A DNA stretch of 64,000 nucleotides from an uncultured Chthoniobacteraceae bacterium (GCA_964595865.1 CAZQRL010000005.1:62433-126432); one strand, 5' to 3'. Shown: positions 27,192 to 38,114, counted from the stretch's first letter. Program-made: numbers and translations. The notes: generated from the letters alone by a model not told the origin.

Positions 27192-28628
27192 TTAAGCTGG
27201 GGGTTGGGGAGGCTGGAGTTCGATGAGTTCCAAGCGCTGATTGGAGCCGGGGCGGTTTCGGCTGGGGCCGGCTAGGAGCATGATGCGATGGCAATTAAGG
27301 CAGAGCTGGGATGAGAGTTCCCGGGCGTAGGCGTTCCAATCCTCTGGTTCCTCTGGCAGATCAATCGGGAAGACTCCCGCGGAAAATTGCAACTTTTGCA
27401 AGATGTCAGCATGGGCACTCACGGCGAGAATCCAGACGCTGGGCCGATTGCTAGCCACGGCCCGGGCGGTGCGACCAGCGTGCGTGGGAACGAGAATAGC
27501 ATCACAGGGCACCAGCTCGAGAGCGCGTTCCACCAGGATCGCTTTGGGATGCACGCCTGGGATGGCTTTGGGCAGGGGGAGCTCGCGGGTGCGGATTTTG
27601 TTATCGTGCCGATGGGCCTCGGCGGAACGCGCGATTTTTCCGAGCATTTCCACAGATTCGACCGGGAAGGCCCCCATGGCGGATTCGCCGCTGAGCATGA
27701 CGCAATCAGTGCCATCGAGGATGGCATTCGCAACATCGGTAGCCTCCGCGCGGGTGGGCAAACGATGCACAATCATGGACTCGAGCATCTGCGTGGCGGT
27801 GATCACGGGTTTGCCGGCTTGGTTGGCTTCGGCGATGAGCCGTTTCTGGGTAATCGCCATGTCTTCGATTGGCACCTCCACGCCGAGATCTCCCCGCGCA
27901 ATCATGATACCGTCCGACACCGAAAGGATCTCGGAGAAATTCGCCAGCGCACCAGCGCGTTCAATTTTTGCCACCAGGAAGGGATTGGCTCCACAGGCGG
28001 CGGCTGCCTCGCGCACGGCCAAGATGTCCTCCGCTTTTTCTACAAAGGACTGGCTCACGGCGTCCACTCCGGCAGACAGGGCAAATGCCAAGCATTTGCG
28101 GTCATGCTCGGTGAAGGCGCTGATGCCGAGCGGAATCCCGGGCAAGTTGAGCCCTTTGCGCGAGCTCAACGAGCCTCCCACGGCCACGCGGCAATGCACA
28201 TCATCGCCGCTGACCTGCTCTACGACAAGTTGCACCATTCCGTCGTTGAGGAAAAGCCGGTTCCCCGGTTGGACGACCTCGGGCAAGCGTTCAAAGGTCA
28301 TGGAAACCCGGGCACGGTTGCCGATGATATTGGCACGAGTGAGGCAGAAGGGATCGCCTGGGGCGAGCTCGATGGGACCGGGTTCGATTTCTCCCAAGCG
28401 CATTTTCGGGCCCGGTAGGTCAGCCAAAATCGCCACCCGACGACCGGTGACGGCTGCGGCTTCGCGAACTCGCCCGATGGTCTCCCCATGCAGCGTGAAG
28501 TCACCATGCGAGAAATTCAGCCGCACGATATTAACTCCGGCTTCCAGCAAAGCGCGGAGCACTTCGGGCTCGCGGGAAGCCGGGCCTATGGTGGCGACAA
28601 TTTTGGTGAAGTGGCTGGGCAACTGCAT
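27192..28628 (-). CDS. pyk: Pyruvate kinase
   Basis: TKIVATIGPAS, RLNFSHG, DLPGPKMR, AKIE, MIARGDLGVE, TATQMLESM, MLSGESA. Confidence 0.97.
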   Translation of the reverse strand: MQLPSHFTKIVATIGPASREPEVLRALLEAGVNIVRLNFSHGDFTLHGETIGRVREAAAVTGRRVAILADLPGPKMRLGEIEPGPIELAPGDPFCLTRANIIGNRARVSMTFERLPEVVQPGNRLFLNDGMVQLVVEQVSGDDVHCRVAVGGSLSSRKGLNLPGIPLGISAFTEHDRKCLAFALSAGVDAVSQSFVEKAEDILAVREAAAACGANPFLVAKIERAGALANFSEILSVSDGIMIARGDLGVEVPIEDMAITQKRLIAEANQAGKPVITATQMLESMIVHRLPTRAEATDVANAILDGTDCVMLSGESAMGAFPVESVEMLGKIARSAEAHRHDNKIRTRELPLPKAIPGVHPKAILVERALELVPCDAILVPTHAGRTARAVASNRPSVWILAVSAHADILQKLQFSAGVFPIDLPEEPEDWNAYARELSSQLCLNCHRIMLLAGPSRNRPGSNQRLELIELQPPQPPA

Positions 28629-28814
28629 AAGAGATGAGAAGGTTCTTTGAGGGCAAGTTCAGGAGGAGCTTGAGCGGAGTAAAGTTGGAACTCGTGAATT
28701 TCTCGACATCCCGATCTGCGGAGGATGGCCTGGCTGGTGGAACCTACTTGGGAGGGCTGGCCCGAGGCCCGGTTGGTGGAGAATCGCCGTCGCAAGAGCC
28801 CGCTGGGGCGGTAG

Positions 28815-30224
28815 TCAGGGATGGGTCATTTCCTCGGCTACGACCCAGCGATCGAACTCCTCTTCCGTGAGGTGGCCCAGCGCCAAGGCGGCTTCTTTGA
28901 GGCTGGTTTTCTCCTTATGGGCCTTCTTGGCAATCTGCGCGGCTTTATCGTAGCCGATGTGCGGATTGAGGGCCGTGACGAGCATGAGGGAATTTTTCAC
29001 GTATTCCTGAATTCGCTCCAGGTTGGGCTCGATGCCGACAGCGCAGTGCTCGGTGAAAGAACGGCAGCTATCGGCCAAGAGCCGCACGGAATTGAGGAAA
29101 TTGAAAACGATCACTGGCTTGAAGACGTTGAGCTCAAAGTTGCCTTGGGAAGCCCCGATGCCGATAGCGGTATCGTTGCCCAGCACCTGCACCGCCACCA
29201 TGGTCATGGCCTCACTTTGCGTGGGATTGACCTTGCCAGGCATAATAGAAGAGCCGGGCTCGTTTTCGGGAATAGTGAGTTCGCCAAGGCCGCAACGCGG
29301 GCCAGAGGCCAGCCAGCGGATGTCATTGGCGATTTTCATGCAGGAGCAGGCGAGGGATTTGAGGGCTCCGGAAGCGAAAACAAACTCACTGTGGGCGGAG
29401 AGGGCGGCAAACTTATTCGGGGCGGAGATGAAAGGCAGCCCGGTAAGCTGGGCAATGTGAGCGGCGGCGCGGTCGCCGAATTCCGGGTGGGAGTTCAACC
29501 CGGTGCCCACCGCTGTCCCACCGATGGCCAGCGAATAGAGCCCGGGCAGGGTCGCTTCGATACGGCGAAGATCCTCGGTGAGCAGGGTTACGTAGCCGGA
29601 AAATTCCTGTCCTAAAGTCAGCGGCGTGGCATCTTGCAGGTGGGTGCGGCCGATTTTGACGATGGAGGCAAAAGCATCGGCTTTGGCCTGCAGGGCATCG
29701 CGCAACTCCCGCACTGCTGGCAGCAGATGCGACACGACCTGCATCGCGGCCGCGATGTTCATAGCGGTGGGGAAGGTGTCGTTTGACGACTGCGACATAT
29801 TCACGTCGTCGTTCGGGTGGATAGGTTTTTTCGATCCCAGGACGCCGCCGGCCATTTCGATCGCGCGGTTGCTGATGACCTCATTGGCGTTCATGTTGCT
29901 TTGGGTGCCGCTGCCGGTTTGCCAGACGCGCAGTGGAAAATGCTCATCGAGCTTGCCGGCGATCACTTCGTCCGCCGCTGCGGCGATGAGGTCTCTTTTT
30001 TCTGGGGCAAGCTTCCCGAGATCGGCATTGGCCAAAGCGCAGGCTTTTTTCAGGATGCCCAGGGCACGAATCAGCTCCCGCGGCAGGACGTCGTGGCCGA
30101 TGTGGAAGTGGATCAGGGAGCGGGCGGTCTGGGCACCGTAATAACGATCGTTGGGCACTTCGATTTGGCCCATGGTGTCGGATTCGAGACGGACGTTGGC
30201 GGAGGAGGCAGGAGAGGTATTCAT
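28815..30224 (-). CDS. fumC: Class II fumarate hydratase
   Basis: [53 protein letters not shown]. Confidence 0.97.
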   Translation of the reverse strand: MNTSPASSANVRLESDTMGQIEVPNDRYYGAQTARSLIHFHIGHDVLPRELIRALGILKKACALANADLGKLAPEKRDLIAAAADEVIAGKLDEHFPLRVWQTGSGTQSNMNANEVISNRAIEMAGGVLGSKKPIHPNDDVNMSQSSNDTFPTAMNIAAAMQVVSHLLPAVRELRDALQAKADAFASIVKIGRTHLQDATPLTLGQEFSGYVTLLTEDLRRIEATLPGLYSLAIGGTAVGTGLNSHPEFGDRAAAHIAQLTGLPFISAPNKFAALSAHSEFVFASGALKSLACSCMKIANDIRWLASGPRCGLGELTIPENEPGSSIMPGKVNPTQSEAMTMVAVQVLGNDTAIGIGASQGNFELNVFKPVIVFNFLNSVRLLADSCRSFTEHCAVGIEPNLERIQEYVKNSLMLVTALNPHIGYDKAAQIAKKAHKEKTSLKEAALALGHLTEEEFDRWVVAEEMTHP

Positions 30225-30302
30225 AAAGGACCCCGGCATCCTACTTGTGGCCGCGGGCAAGGGAAGGAGAAATTTGTCCCGAGAAAATTCGCAACGGTGA
30301 CT

Positions 30303-31244
30303 TTAGATACTACCCTGAACCATCTGGAGGATTTGCCCCGGTTGGAGGGTTTGGGCTTGGTGCTGGATTTGCGGCAGGTAGCGGCGGTGGAGTTCGAGGG
30401 CGTTCTTTTGCAGTTCGCTGAAGCCAGCTTTGAGGGCGGCGGTGTCCAGGCGGCGACCGCTGCCATAGTAACGATCAGCCAAGTGCCCGATGGCGTAAGT
30501 GGCGGCGAAGCTCGTGGCGGAGCCGGCGGCCTGTTGCGCCAGCCGCCCGACGGGTTTGCCGCCGAGGGAACGGCCGAGCTTCCCGAGGAGATTCCGGGCG
30601 AAGCCTTCCAACATCTGGCTTCCAAGCCCCAGTCCTGCGGTGGCCAAGAGCTCGCGAATATGCCCGCGGTCGAGGGCAAAGCCATGGGATTGGCCGATGC
30701 GATAGACCATTTTCATTTGCAGCGGCAAAATGGCCATGGTGGCGAGGGTTTCTGGCAGCAACTCCAGAGCGCCATTGAGGATGGCGTAGCGCAGGATCAT
30801 TGGGCCGTTATCCATGCCCGAACCAGCGGAGGGAGCTGGTGTTTGGGATTCGGGAAGAGCCGGGGGCAGGATCGCCCGGACTTCCTCCTCGGCTTGAGCA
30901 GAGGCCTCGGCTCCCAGGCCAAGTTGATCGCGCAGTGCGGAGAGGAAGGTTTTCTCGGCTGGGCTGACCTCTCCCGAGGCCTGGCAAACCGCGAGGGCCA
31001 TTTCGTAGGCGAGTTGTTTGGCCGCCGGAGTGGATAGTGCGGCACAAGCGGCAGCGAGATCACCACTCTGACGGAGAAGTTTGCGGGTGGCCTGAGCCGG
31101 GTTGGCAAATTCTAATTCTTGCGCCAGTTCCGAAATGGCGGACCTTTCGGCGTCTTGCTTCTCTCCATCGGCCAAGGCGGCGGCGAGAGCAATCGCGAGC
31201 TGCGCTTCGGCTTCGGAGAAGCTCTGAATCGGGTTGGTGGGCAT
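30303..31244 (-). CDS. TerB-like N-terminal domain + DUF697/YcjF-like domain protein
   Basis: AAALADGEKQDAER, AYEMALAVCQASGEVSPAE, AILPLQMKMVYRIG, FAATYAIG. Confidence 0.65.
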   Translation of the reverse strand: MPTNPIQSFSEAEAQLAIALAAALADGEKQDAERSAISELAQELEFANPAQATRKLLRQSGDLAAACAALSTPAAKQLAYEMALAVCQASGEVSPAEKTFLSALRDQLGLGAEASAQAEEEVRAILPPALPESQTPAPSAGSGMDNGPMILRYAILNGALELLPETLATMAILPLQMKMVYRIGQSHGFALDRGHIRELLATAGLGLGSQMLEGFARNLLGKLGRSLGGKPVGRLAQQAAGSATSFAATYAIGHLADRYYGSGRRLDTAALKAGFSELQKNALELHRRYLPQIQHQAQTLQPGQILQMVQGSI

Positions 31245-31297
31245 GACGGGAAGATTCACCAAATTCGGGAAAATGCCAACTCCGTGGCCGGAGCGGG

Positions 31298-32779
31298 CTA
31301 CTTTCCTCGCAGACGGCAAAATTTCTCCCAAGCCGCGCTCCAGGAGGCTTCCTGGGAGGGGCGGAAAGTTTCCAGCGGAAAAGAATGGGCTACGGTTTGC
31401 CGGAGGTGGTCAAGGTCGCGCAGGCAGCCGGCGGCGATCGCTTGAATGAGGAGATTCCCGATTGCTGTGGCTTCGACGGGGCCGGCGAGGACCGTGCGCC
31501 CGGTGGCGTCGGCGGCAAATTGATTGAGCAGCGCGCTGCGGCTACCGCCTCCAACGATGTGCAGGAGCTCGATTTTGCGGTCGGTGAGTTTTTCCAAGTT
31601 AGCCAGCTCGGCGCGATAGGTGAGAGCCAGACTCTCCAGCACACAGCGGGCCATAGCGCCTTTTTCCGCCGGGACGGGCTGCCCGGTCTCACGACAAAAA
31701 GCGGTGATTTTTTCCGGCATTTGCCCGGGTTTGAGGAAGCGTGGGTCGTTGGGATTGATGAGGCTGACGAGGGCGGGAGCCTCAGCGGCGAGTCGGGTGA
31801 TTTCGGAGTAACTGATGGCTTCGCCTTCGCTCTCCCAGGCCCGACGACATTCTTGCAGAATCCACAGGCCGACGATGTTTTTCAAAAAACGAGTCGTGCC
31901 GCCGTAGCCCCCTTCGTTGGTGAAGTTGGCTTCGAGCACGGCTGGATCGAGGTGGGGCGCAGGCAACTCGACACCGAGGAGGGACCAAGTGCCGCTGCTC
32001 AAGTAGGCCCAGTTCTCGCCCGCAGTGGCCGGAACCGCTGCCACGGCCGAGCCAGTATCGTGCGAGCAGGTTGCCACGACTTGGGCGTGTGGGAGAGAGC
32101 ATTCGCGCCTCCATTCTTCCCGCAGAGGTCCCAGGACCGTTCCAGAGGGGACGATTTCCGGGAAAACTTCCCGCCGCAGGCCGCAAGCAGCAATGAGCTT
32201 CTCAGACCAAACTCTCTGGTCCGGGCGGTAAAGCTGGGAGGTGCTGGCGAGGCTTTCCTCGGCAACTGCGCGACCGCTGAAAAGGAAATTGAAGTAGTCT
32301 CCGAGCATCAGGAAACGCTCCGCTACCCGCACCATGGCCGGACTTTCTTCATGGTCAGCAGTCAGCTGGAAAATCGTATTGAAGGGCATGAATTGCAGGC
32401 CGGTCTCGGCAAAGATCTCGGCGCGGGAGACCCGCTGCAAAAGCCGCGCCATGGCCCGATCGTTGCGGGTATCGCGATAGACCACCGGAGGAGCCAGGAG
32501 AGGTTGGCCGGCACCCAGCCAAGCGTAGTCCACGCCCCAGGTGTCCACGCTCAGACTCGTGAGAGGGATGCCACGCTGCCCGAGCTTTGCCAGACCGGCC
32601 TTCATTTCGCGGAAGAGACCCAGGATATCCCAGCGCAGAGTGCCGCCGAGGTTTACCGGGAGGTTGGGAAAACGGTGGATCTCCTCCAACTCGAGTCTCC
32701 CTCCGGCAAGGGTGCCGAGCATGACCCGTCCGCTTTCCGCGCCAAGATCGCAGGCAGCAAAATAATTTCGGGAAGACAT
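31298..32779 (-). CDS. rhaB: Rhamnulokinase family FGGY kinase
   Basis: DLGAESGRV, EIHRFPN, DTWGVDY, HDTGSAV, YLSSGTWSLLG, FTNEGG, VGGGS, GPVEATAIGN. Confidence 0.9.
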   Translation of the reverse strand: MSSRNYFAACDLGAESGRVMLGTLAGGRLELEEIHRFPNLPVNLGGTLRWDILGLFREMKAGLAKLGQRGIPLTSLSVDTWGVDYAWLGAGQPLLAPPVVYRDTRNDRAMARLLQRVSRAEIFAETGLQFMPFNTIFQLTADHEESPAMVRVAERFLMLGDYFNFLFSGRAVAEESLASTSQLYRPDQRVWSEKLIAACGLRREVFPEIVPSGTVLGPLREEWRRECSLPHAQVVATCSHDTGSAVAAVPATAGENWAYLSSGTWSLLGVELPAPHLDPAVLEANFTNEGGYGGTTRFLKNIVGLWILQECRRAWESEGEAISYSEITRLAAEAPALVSLINPNDPRFLKPGQMPEKITAFCRETGQPVPAEKGAMARCVLESLALTYRAELANLEKLTDRKIELLHIVGGGSRSALLNQFAADATGRTVLAGPVEATAIGNLLIQAIAAGCLRDLDHLRQTVAHSFPLETFRPSQEASWSAAWEKFCRLRGK

Positions 32780-32791
32780 GCGGTTTGAGGG

Positions 32792-33685
32792 CTATTCGGT
32801 GAGCCAGGCCAGGATGGCTTTCTGGGTGTGCAGCCGATTTTCTGCCTGTTGGAAAATCGTCTCGGCGTGCGCTTCCATGACTTCGTCGGTGATTTCCTTT
32901 TCCCGATACGCGGGCAAGCAGTGCATCACCGCGGCATTGGGCGAATGGGAGAGCAAGGCCCTGTTGATTTGGTAGCTGTGCAGTTGGGCGATGCGGTAGG
33001 CCGACTCCTGTTCTTTGCCCATACTGACCCAGACATCGGTGTAGAGGACATCGGCCCCTTCGGCGGCCTCCGCCGGGTCGGTGGTGGTGCGGATGTTTCC
33101 ACCCGCTTTGCTGATGAGGCTGGCCGGAGGTTGGAACTTTTCGGGTGCCGCAAGTCGCAGCTCGATATCGAGTTTAGCGGCCGCCCAGATCCAAGAGCGA
33201 GCCACGTTGCAGTCCGCATCTCCGATGAAACAAACCTTCAACCCATCGAGCGATCCGCGTTGTTCCTCGATGGTTTGCAAGTCGGCCAAGATCTGGCAGG
33301 GATGCTCTTGGTCGGTGAGCGCGTTGATGGTTGGAATGTCGCTAAAGCGGGCAAAGTCCTCCACCTCGGTCTGGTCAAAAGTGCGGATGACTGCTCCATG
33401 GATCATGCGCCCGAGGACGCGGGCGGTGTCTTTCACAGGCTCTCCCCGGCCGAGCTGGATGTCGGAAGCCGAGAGAAACATCACCTGGCCACCGAGTTCG
33501 CGGATGCCGACTTCGAAACTGACCCGAGTGCGGGTGGAAGATTTGGAAAAAATCAAGGCCCAAATCTGACCTGTGAGGGGTTTTTCCGTGGAGCGGCCGC
33601 GCTGCTTTTTCATTATATGAGCACGCTCAAGGATGTGGCGGATCTCATCGGAGGAAAGGGCTTGAATGGAGAGGAGGTGTTTCAC
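32792..33685 (-). CDS. argF: Ornithine carbamoyltransferase
   Basis: SSTRTRVSFE, HPCQILAD, DVWVSMG, HCLPA, QQAENRLH. Confidence 0.95.
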   Translation of the reverse strand: MKHLLSIQALSSDEIRHILERAHIMKKQRGRSTEKPLTGQIWALIFSKSSTRTRVSFEVGIRELGGQVMFLSASDIQLGRGEPVKDTARVLGRMIHGAVIRTFDQTEVEDFARFSDIPTINALTDQEHPCQILADLQTIEEQRGSLDGLKVCFIGDADCNVARSWIWAAAKLDIELRLAAPEKFQPPASLISKAGGNIRTTTDPAEAAEGADVLYTDVWVSMGKEQESAYRIAQLHSYQINRALLSHSPNAAVMHCLPAYREKEITDEVMEAHAETIFQQAENRLHTQKAILAWLTE

Positions 33686-33827
33686 GGTGTGCGAGGATGA
33701 GGAAGCCAGGCCCGGCGAGGGGCTTGGCCACGGTCTTGGATACCGGTAAACGTGGAGCTTCCCGGAGAGGAATTGGTTAGTGGATTTACGGGGAAATGCA
33801 AGGAAATGCCGGAAAGCCGTCGCAAGG

Positions 33828-34739
33828 TCAGAAGTCGCGTTGTAGGAGCTTCTCGGCCAAATGGCGGAGGAGTTGCCCGGAGGCTCCTAGCGGGGCCAAG
33901 GCCGCGATGGCCTCTTGAGTGAGTCGAGCCGCTTCGGTTTTGGCCCGCTCGAGTCCGAATACGGCCGGATACGTCACTTTTCCTGCCGCCACATCTTTGC
34001 CCGCGCTTTTGCCGAGCACCTCGCTGCTTTGCGTGCAGTCCAGAATGTCGTCTATGGCTTGGAAGGCCAGCCCCAGCTTGGCGCCAAATTCCGAGATTTG
34101 CAGCAGGCGATTGCGAGTCGCGTTGGCGGACATGGCTCCGAGCCGCAGCGAAACAACAATCATGGCTGCTGTCTTACCCTGGTGGATGAAGAGCAGGTCA
34201 TTGCGCGTGGGGTTATCTTTTCCCTCGGCTTCCATGTCCGCAACTTGGCCAGCAATGAGGCCCTGGCTACCTGCGGCAAAACCGAGTTCGGCCAAGAAAT
34301 GCCCGAGAGCATAACGTGCAGTGGGGCGCTGACTGGCGAGGAGGAGAAAGGCCTGGGTGAGCAGCGCATCGCCGGTCAGCACCGCCAGGGCCTCGCCGTA
34401 AACTTTGTGACAAGTCGGTCGCCCCCGGCGCAGATCATCATCATCCATGCAGGGAAGATCATCATGCACCAGGGAGTAGGTGTGCAGGAGTTCCACGGCG
34501 CAAGCTGAAGGCAGCGCTTGAGCAATTGCCCCTCCGCAGGCCTCGGCGGCGGCAAGGGTCAGAATCGGGCGCAGCCGCTTGCCGCCATTGAAAACGGTGT
34601 AACGCATGGCTTCATGCAAGGAGGTGGGGCGGATGGAAGCTGGGGGTAGAGACCGTTCCAGTTCCTTTTCCAAGCGGACTTTCCACTGGCGGAGTTGGCG
34701 GTCCAAGGAAGCGGGTGAGTTGGGTGTTGCGGTGGGCAT
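33828..34739 (-). CDS. ispA: Polyprenyl (farnesyl/geranylgeranyl) diphosphate synthase
   Basis: GGKRLRP, HDDLPCMDDDDLRRG, GLAFQAIDDILD, GKSAGKD, KVTYP. Confidence 0.92.
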   Translation of the reverse strand: MPTATPNSPASLDRQLRQWKVRLEKELERSLPPASIRPTSLHEAMRYTVFNGGKRLRPILTLAAAEACGGAIAQALPSACAVELLHTYSLVHDDLPCMDDDDLRRGRPTCHKVYGEALAVLTGDALLTQAFLLLASQRPTARYALGHFLAELGFAAGSQGLIAGQVADMEAEGKDNPTRNDLLFIHQGKTAAMIVVSLRLGAMSANATRNRLLQISEFGAKLGLAFQAIDDILDCTQSSEVLGKSAGKDVAAGKVTYPAVFGLERAKTEAARLTQEAIAALAPLGASGQLLRHLAEKLLQRDF

Positions 34740-34806
34740 GAGCAGGGAAATTTTTATGACTGCTTTGACTGGTCAGGGAAAGCGGGAAGATGCAGGATGC
34801 GCGGCC

Positions 34807-35403
34807 ATGAATTGCAAACCCCGCCTGGCACTCCTTGGCTCCGGTAAAGGCTCCAACGCCCGCGCCATTCTGCAAGCGGTTCGGGCTGGGCAGATTGCTG
34901 CCGAGGCGGCCCTCATCGTCACGGATCAGCCCGGCGCGGGAATCTTGCAGTTGGGAGCGGAGTTCCAGGTGCCCACCTGGGAGTTGCACGAACCTCGCTA
35001 TCGCACCCGACTCTCTCCGGAGGTGGAAGAAGCGCTGGCGCAGCGGTTGCGGGATGAGCGAGTGGATCTGGTCATTCTTGCTGGCTATCTGAGGGTGGTG
35101 AAAGCCCCCCTGCTGGAGGCTTATCCGCAACGAATCCTCAATATCCACCCGTCCTTGTTGCCGAAGTATCCCGGGTTAGCCGCTTGGAAGCAGGCTTTGG
35201 AAGCGGGCGAAACCGAGACCGGCTGCACAGTGCATTGGGTGGATGCCGGGGTGGATACGGGACCGATTTTGCAGCAAGCTCGGGTGCCGATTCTCCCGGG
35301 AGATACACCGGAGTCTCTGCATGCCCGCATCCAGGCCGCAGAGCATCAACTCTACCCTCAGGTCGTGGCGGGCATCTGTCAGGATTGGGCTTCTGTCGCA
35401 TGA
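34807..35403 (+). CDS. purN: Phosphoribosylglycinamide formyltransferase
   Basis: GSGKGSN, LAGYLR, NIHPSLLPKYPG, GCTVHWVDAGVDTGPI. Confidence 0.95.
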   Translation: MNCKPRLALLGSGKGSNARAILQAVRAGQIAAEAALIVTDQPGAGILQLGAEFQVPTWELHEPRYRTRLSPEVEEALAQRLRDERVDLVILAGYLRVVKAPLLEAYPQRILNIHPSLLPKYPGLAAWKQALEAGETETGCTVHWVDAGVDTGPILQQARVPILPGDTPESLHARIQAAEHQLYPQVVAGICQDWASVA

Positions 35404-37409
35404 GCCGCTTCCGACTCTTTGACCTCAATCCGGAGCAGCAACGCGCCGTAACGCACCCCGGCGGACCGATGCTCATCCTGGCCGGAGCTGGCACAGGCAA
35501 AACCCGGGTCATCACGGCTCGCATTGCTTGGTTGATTGGCCAGGGAGTGCCGCCGGGAGAGATTCTCGCCGTGACCTTCACCAACAAAGCCGCCCGGGAG
35601 CTCAAGGAGCGTATTGCTGGGATGGTTCCGCCAGAGGCTGCTCAGGCCATCACGGCTTCGACATTTCATTCCCTCTGTGTGCGCATCCTGCGCCAAGATG
35701 CCGCCCTCGTCGGTTACAAGAAAAACTTCACGATTTTTGACGAAGGTGACCAGACCGGGTTGATCAAAAAAATCATCGCCCGTTCGGCGGCCAAAGATGA
35801 GAAGCTCGATGCTCAGGTCGCCCGCAGTGCTATCAGCCGGGCCAAAAACTCCGGTTGGAAAGCTCCCGGAGAGAACGAGAGCCTCTTGGGCACGGTGTAT
35901 GTCCGCTACCAGAAGGAGTTGAAAAACCAGAACGCGATGGACTTCGATGATTTGCTAGTTCTGGCGGTGAAAGTGCTCCACGAGCATCCAGAAGCCCGGG
36001 CGCATTGGCAGCAGCGGTGTCGCCATTTGCTGGTGGACGAGTTTCAGGATACCAATCGGCTGCAGCTGGATTTGGTGAGCCTTTTGGCCAGTGGTCGTCC
36101 GCCGAATGTATGTGTGGTCGGTGATGATGATCAAAGCATCTACGGTTGGCGTGGGGCGGAGATTTCCAACATCCTGGAGTTCGAGCGCCACTTCCCGACC
36201 CCGGCGATTTTCAAGCTCGAACAAAATTACCGCTCCACGAATGCCATTCTCGGGGCGGCTAATCGCCTGATTCGACATAATTCCCGACGCCGCAGCAAGC
36301 GGCTTTGGAGCCCCGGAGAAGCCGGCAAGCCGGTGCAGGTGGTCACGATGTCGCACGAACAGGAAGAGGCAGAGTTTGTGGCCTCCGAGATCGCCGCCCG
36401 GTGCGCCGGGGAGAACCTTCCCTGGGAGGCTTTTGCAGTTCTTTTTCGCATGAATGCCCAATCCCGCCTCATCGAAGGTGAACTCCGCCGCCTGCGGATT
36501 CCCTACCGGTTGGTTGGCGGCAAGAGCTTTTTCGACCGCCGCGAAGTGCGGGACCTCCTGGCCTACCTGGCGGCTATTATTAATCCGCAGGATGATCAGG
36601 CTCTCCTGCGTATCATCTCCACCCCTCCGCGGGGAATCGGGGCGGCAACGGTGGAGATGGCCCTGGAGGAAAGTTCGCAACTTGGCTGCAGTGTGCAGGA
36701 AATGCTTCTGCAACCGGCCTTCCTCGACCGCTTGAGCAAGAAAGGGCGGGCCGCCATTGAAGCATTTGCCGCGGAGTTGCAAACCCTCCGCGTGCGGGCC
36801 ATGACTCCCGGCACCGACCTGGCCGAGCTCATTGGAAGCTACCTTGATAATTGTGGCTACTTCGATGATCTGCGACGTGCCTGCAAAACGCCCGACGAGG
36901 CCCTGCGCCGGGAAAGCAATCTGCGCGACTTGATACAACAGCTGGCTGATTATCAGAAACGTTCGCAGGATGGATTGGAGGGTTTTCTGGACGAAATGAG
37001 CCTGGATCGCGACCGCGAGGAGGATGAGGCGGAGAATACCCGCGGCGTGACCCTCATCACCTTGCACGCGGCCAAGGGCTTGGAGTTTCCCCATGTGTAT
37101 CTTCTCGGAGCGGAGGATGGGCTGCTGCCTCACAGCCGCTCCCTCGCCGAGGGCACTCTCGATGAAGAACGCCGCCTCTTCTATGTCGGGATCACCCGCG
37201 CCCGGCAAAGCCTCACCATCACACACTGCCACGAACGCTCGCGTTATGGCGGGACCATGACCTGCACCCCCAGCCGCTTTCTCGAGGAAATTGCCGGGGA
37301 TGGGGTTGAGCGGACTTCCTTCGCCGAGGTGATGAATCAGGCTGCGGATGATGATTACGTCTTGGCAGAATTCGGGCGGTTGCGGGAGATGCTTGAAAAA
37401 GGAGAATGA
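35400..37409 (+). CDS. uvrD: UvrD/Rep/PcrA SF1A helicase
   Basis: AGAGTGKT, TFTNKAA, VDEFQDTN, VGDDDQSIYGWRGA, QNYRST, TLHAAKGLEF, EERRLFYVGITRA. Confidence 0.93.
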   Translation: MSRFRLFDLNPEQQRAVTHPGGPMLILAGAGTGKTRVITARIAWLIGQGVPPGEILAVTFTNKAARELKERIAGMVPPEAAQAITASTFHSLCVRILRQDAALVGYKKNFTIFDEGDQTGLIKKIIARSAAKDEKLDAQVARSAISRAKNSGWKAPGENESLLGTVYVRYQKELKNQNAMDFDDLLVLAVKVLHEHPEARAHWQQRCRHLLVDEFQDTNRLQLDLVSLLASGRPPNVCVVGDDDQSIYGWRGAEISNILEFERHFPTPAIFKLEQNYRSTNAILGAANRLIRHNSRRRSKRLWSPGEAGKPVQVVTMSHEQEEAEFVASEIAARCAGENLPWEAFAVLFRMNAQSRLIEGELRRLRIPYRLVGGKSFFDRREVRDLLAYLAAIINPQDDQALLRIISTPPRGIGAATVEMALEESSQLGCSVQEMLLQPAFLDRLSKKGRAAIEAFAAELQTLRVRAMTPGTDLAELIGSYLDNCGYFDDLRRACKTPDEALRRESNLRDLIQQLADYQKRSQDGLEGFLDEMSLDRDREEDEAENTRGVTLITLHAAKGLEFPHVYLLGAEDGLLPHSRSLAEGTLDEERRLFYVGITRARQSLTITHCHERSRYGGTMTCTPSRFLEEIAGDGVERTSFAEVMNQAADDDYVLAEFGRLREMLEKGE

Positions 37410-38092
37410 AAACCGCCACCCGCTCCACCATTGTGGTCCTTTCCGGAGCAGGCATAAGCGCCGAAAGCGGACTGCGAATTTTCCGCGGCGCAGGCGGGCT
37501 CTGGGAGGGGCACCGGGTGGAGGAAGTGGCTACGCCCGAAGCCTGGAAGCGGGATCCTGAGAAAGTTCTGCGGTTTTACAACGAGCGGCGACGGGCTTTG
37601 CTGGAGGCCGAGCCAAACCACGGGCATCGCATCATCGCCGCTTGGGAAAACCACTTTCGGGTGTTGGTGGTAACGCAAAATGTGGATGACCTGCACGAAC
37701 GCGCGGGTTCCTCCAAGGTCTTGCATCTGCATGGCGAGCTGCGCAAAGCCCGCTCCACTTTGGATCCGGATTACGTGGTGCAATTACCCAGCTGGGAGTT
37801 AAAACTTGGTGACTGTTGTCCTCGCGGAGGTCAACTTCGGCCGCACATTGTCTGGTTTGGTGAAATGGTGCCACTCTGGCCCGTGGCCGAGCGCTGGGTG
37901 CAGGAAGCCGATGTCCTCATCGTGGTGGGAACGTCCCTGCAGGTTTATCCCGCCGCAGCCTTGGCTTATGCTGCTCCCGCCAAGGCCCGCAAATTTCTCG
38001 TGGACCCGAACCCTCCAGCCGTTCCTGGCTTTGAAATCATCGCCTTGTCCGCTTCCCAGGGGCTAGATGAGGTTCGGCGTCAGTTGGTTTGA
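37406..38092 (+). CDS. cobB: NAD-dependent deacylase (class III sirtuin)
   Basis: GAGISAESG, FYNERR, TQNVDDLHERAG, HLHGE, RPHIVWFGE, VGTSLQVYPAA. Confidence 0.93.
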   Translation: MKTATRSTIVVLSGAGISAESGLRIFRGAGGLWEGHRVEEVATPEAWKRDPEKVLRFYNERRRALLEAEPNHGHRIIAAWENHFRVLVVTQNVDDLHERAGSSKVLHLHGELRKARSTLDPDYVVQLPSWELKLGDCCPRGGQLRPHIVWFGEMVPLWPVAERWVQEADVLIVVGTSLQVYPAAALAYAAPAKARKFLVDPNPPAVPGFEIIALSASQGLDEVRRQLV

Positions 38093-38114
38093 AGATCCGA
38101 GATCTGGCAGAAGG

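Noticed and set aside
35400-38092. Helicase + Sir2 pair as an anti-phage system
   Set aside because: Both are housekeeping types (PcrA/UvrD and class III CobB) in an operon with purN, not the SIR2-like NADase or HerA families
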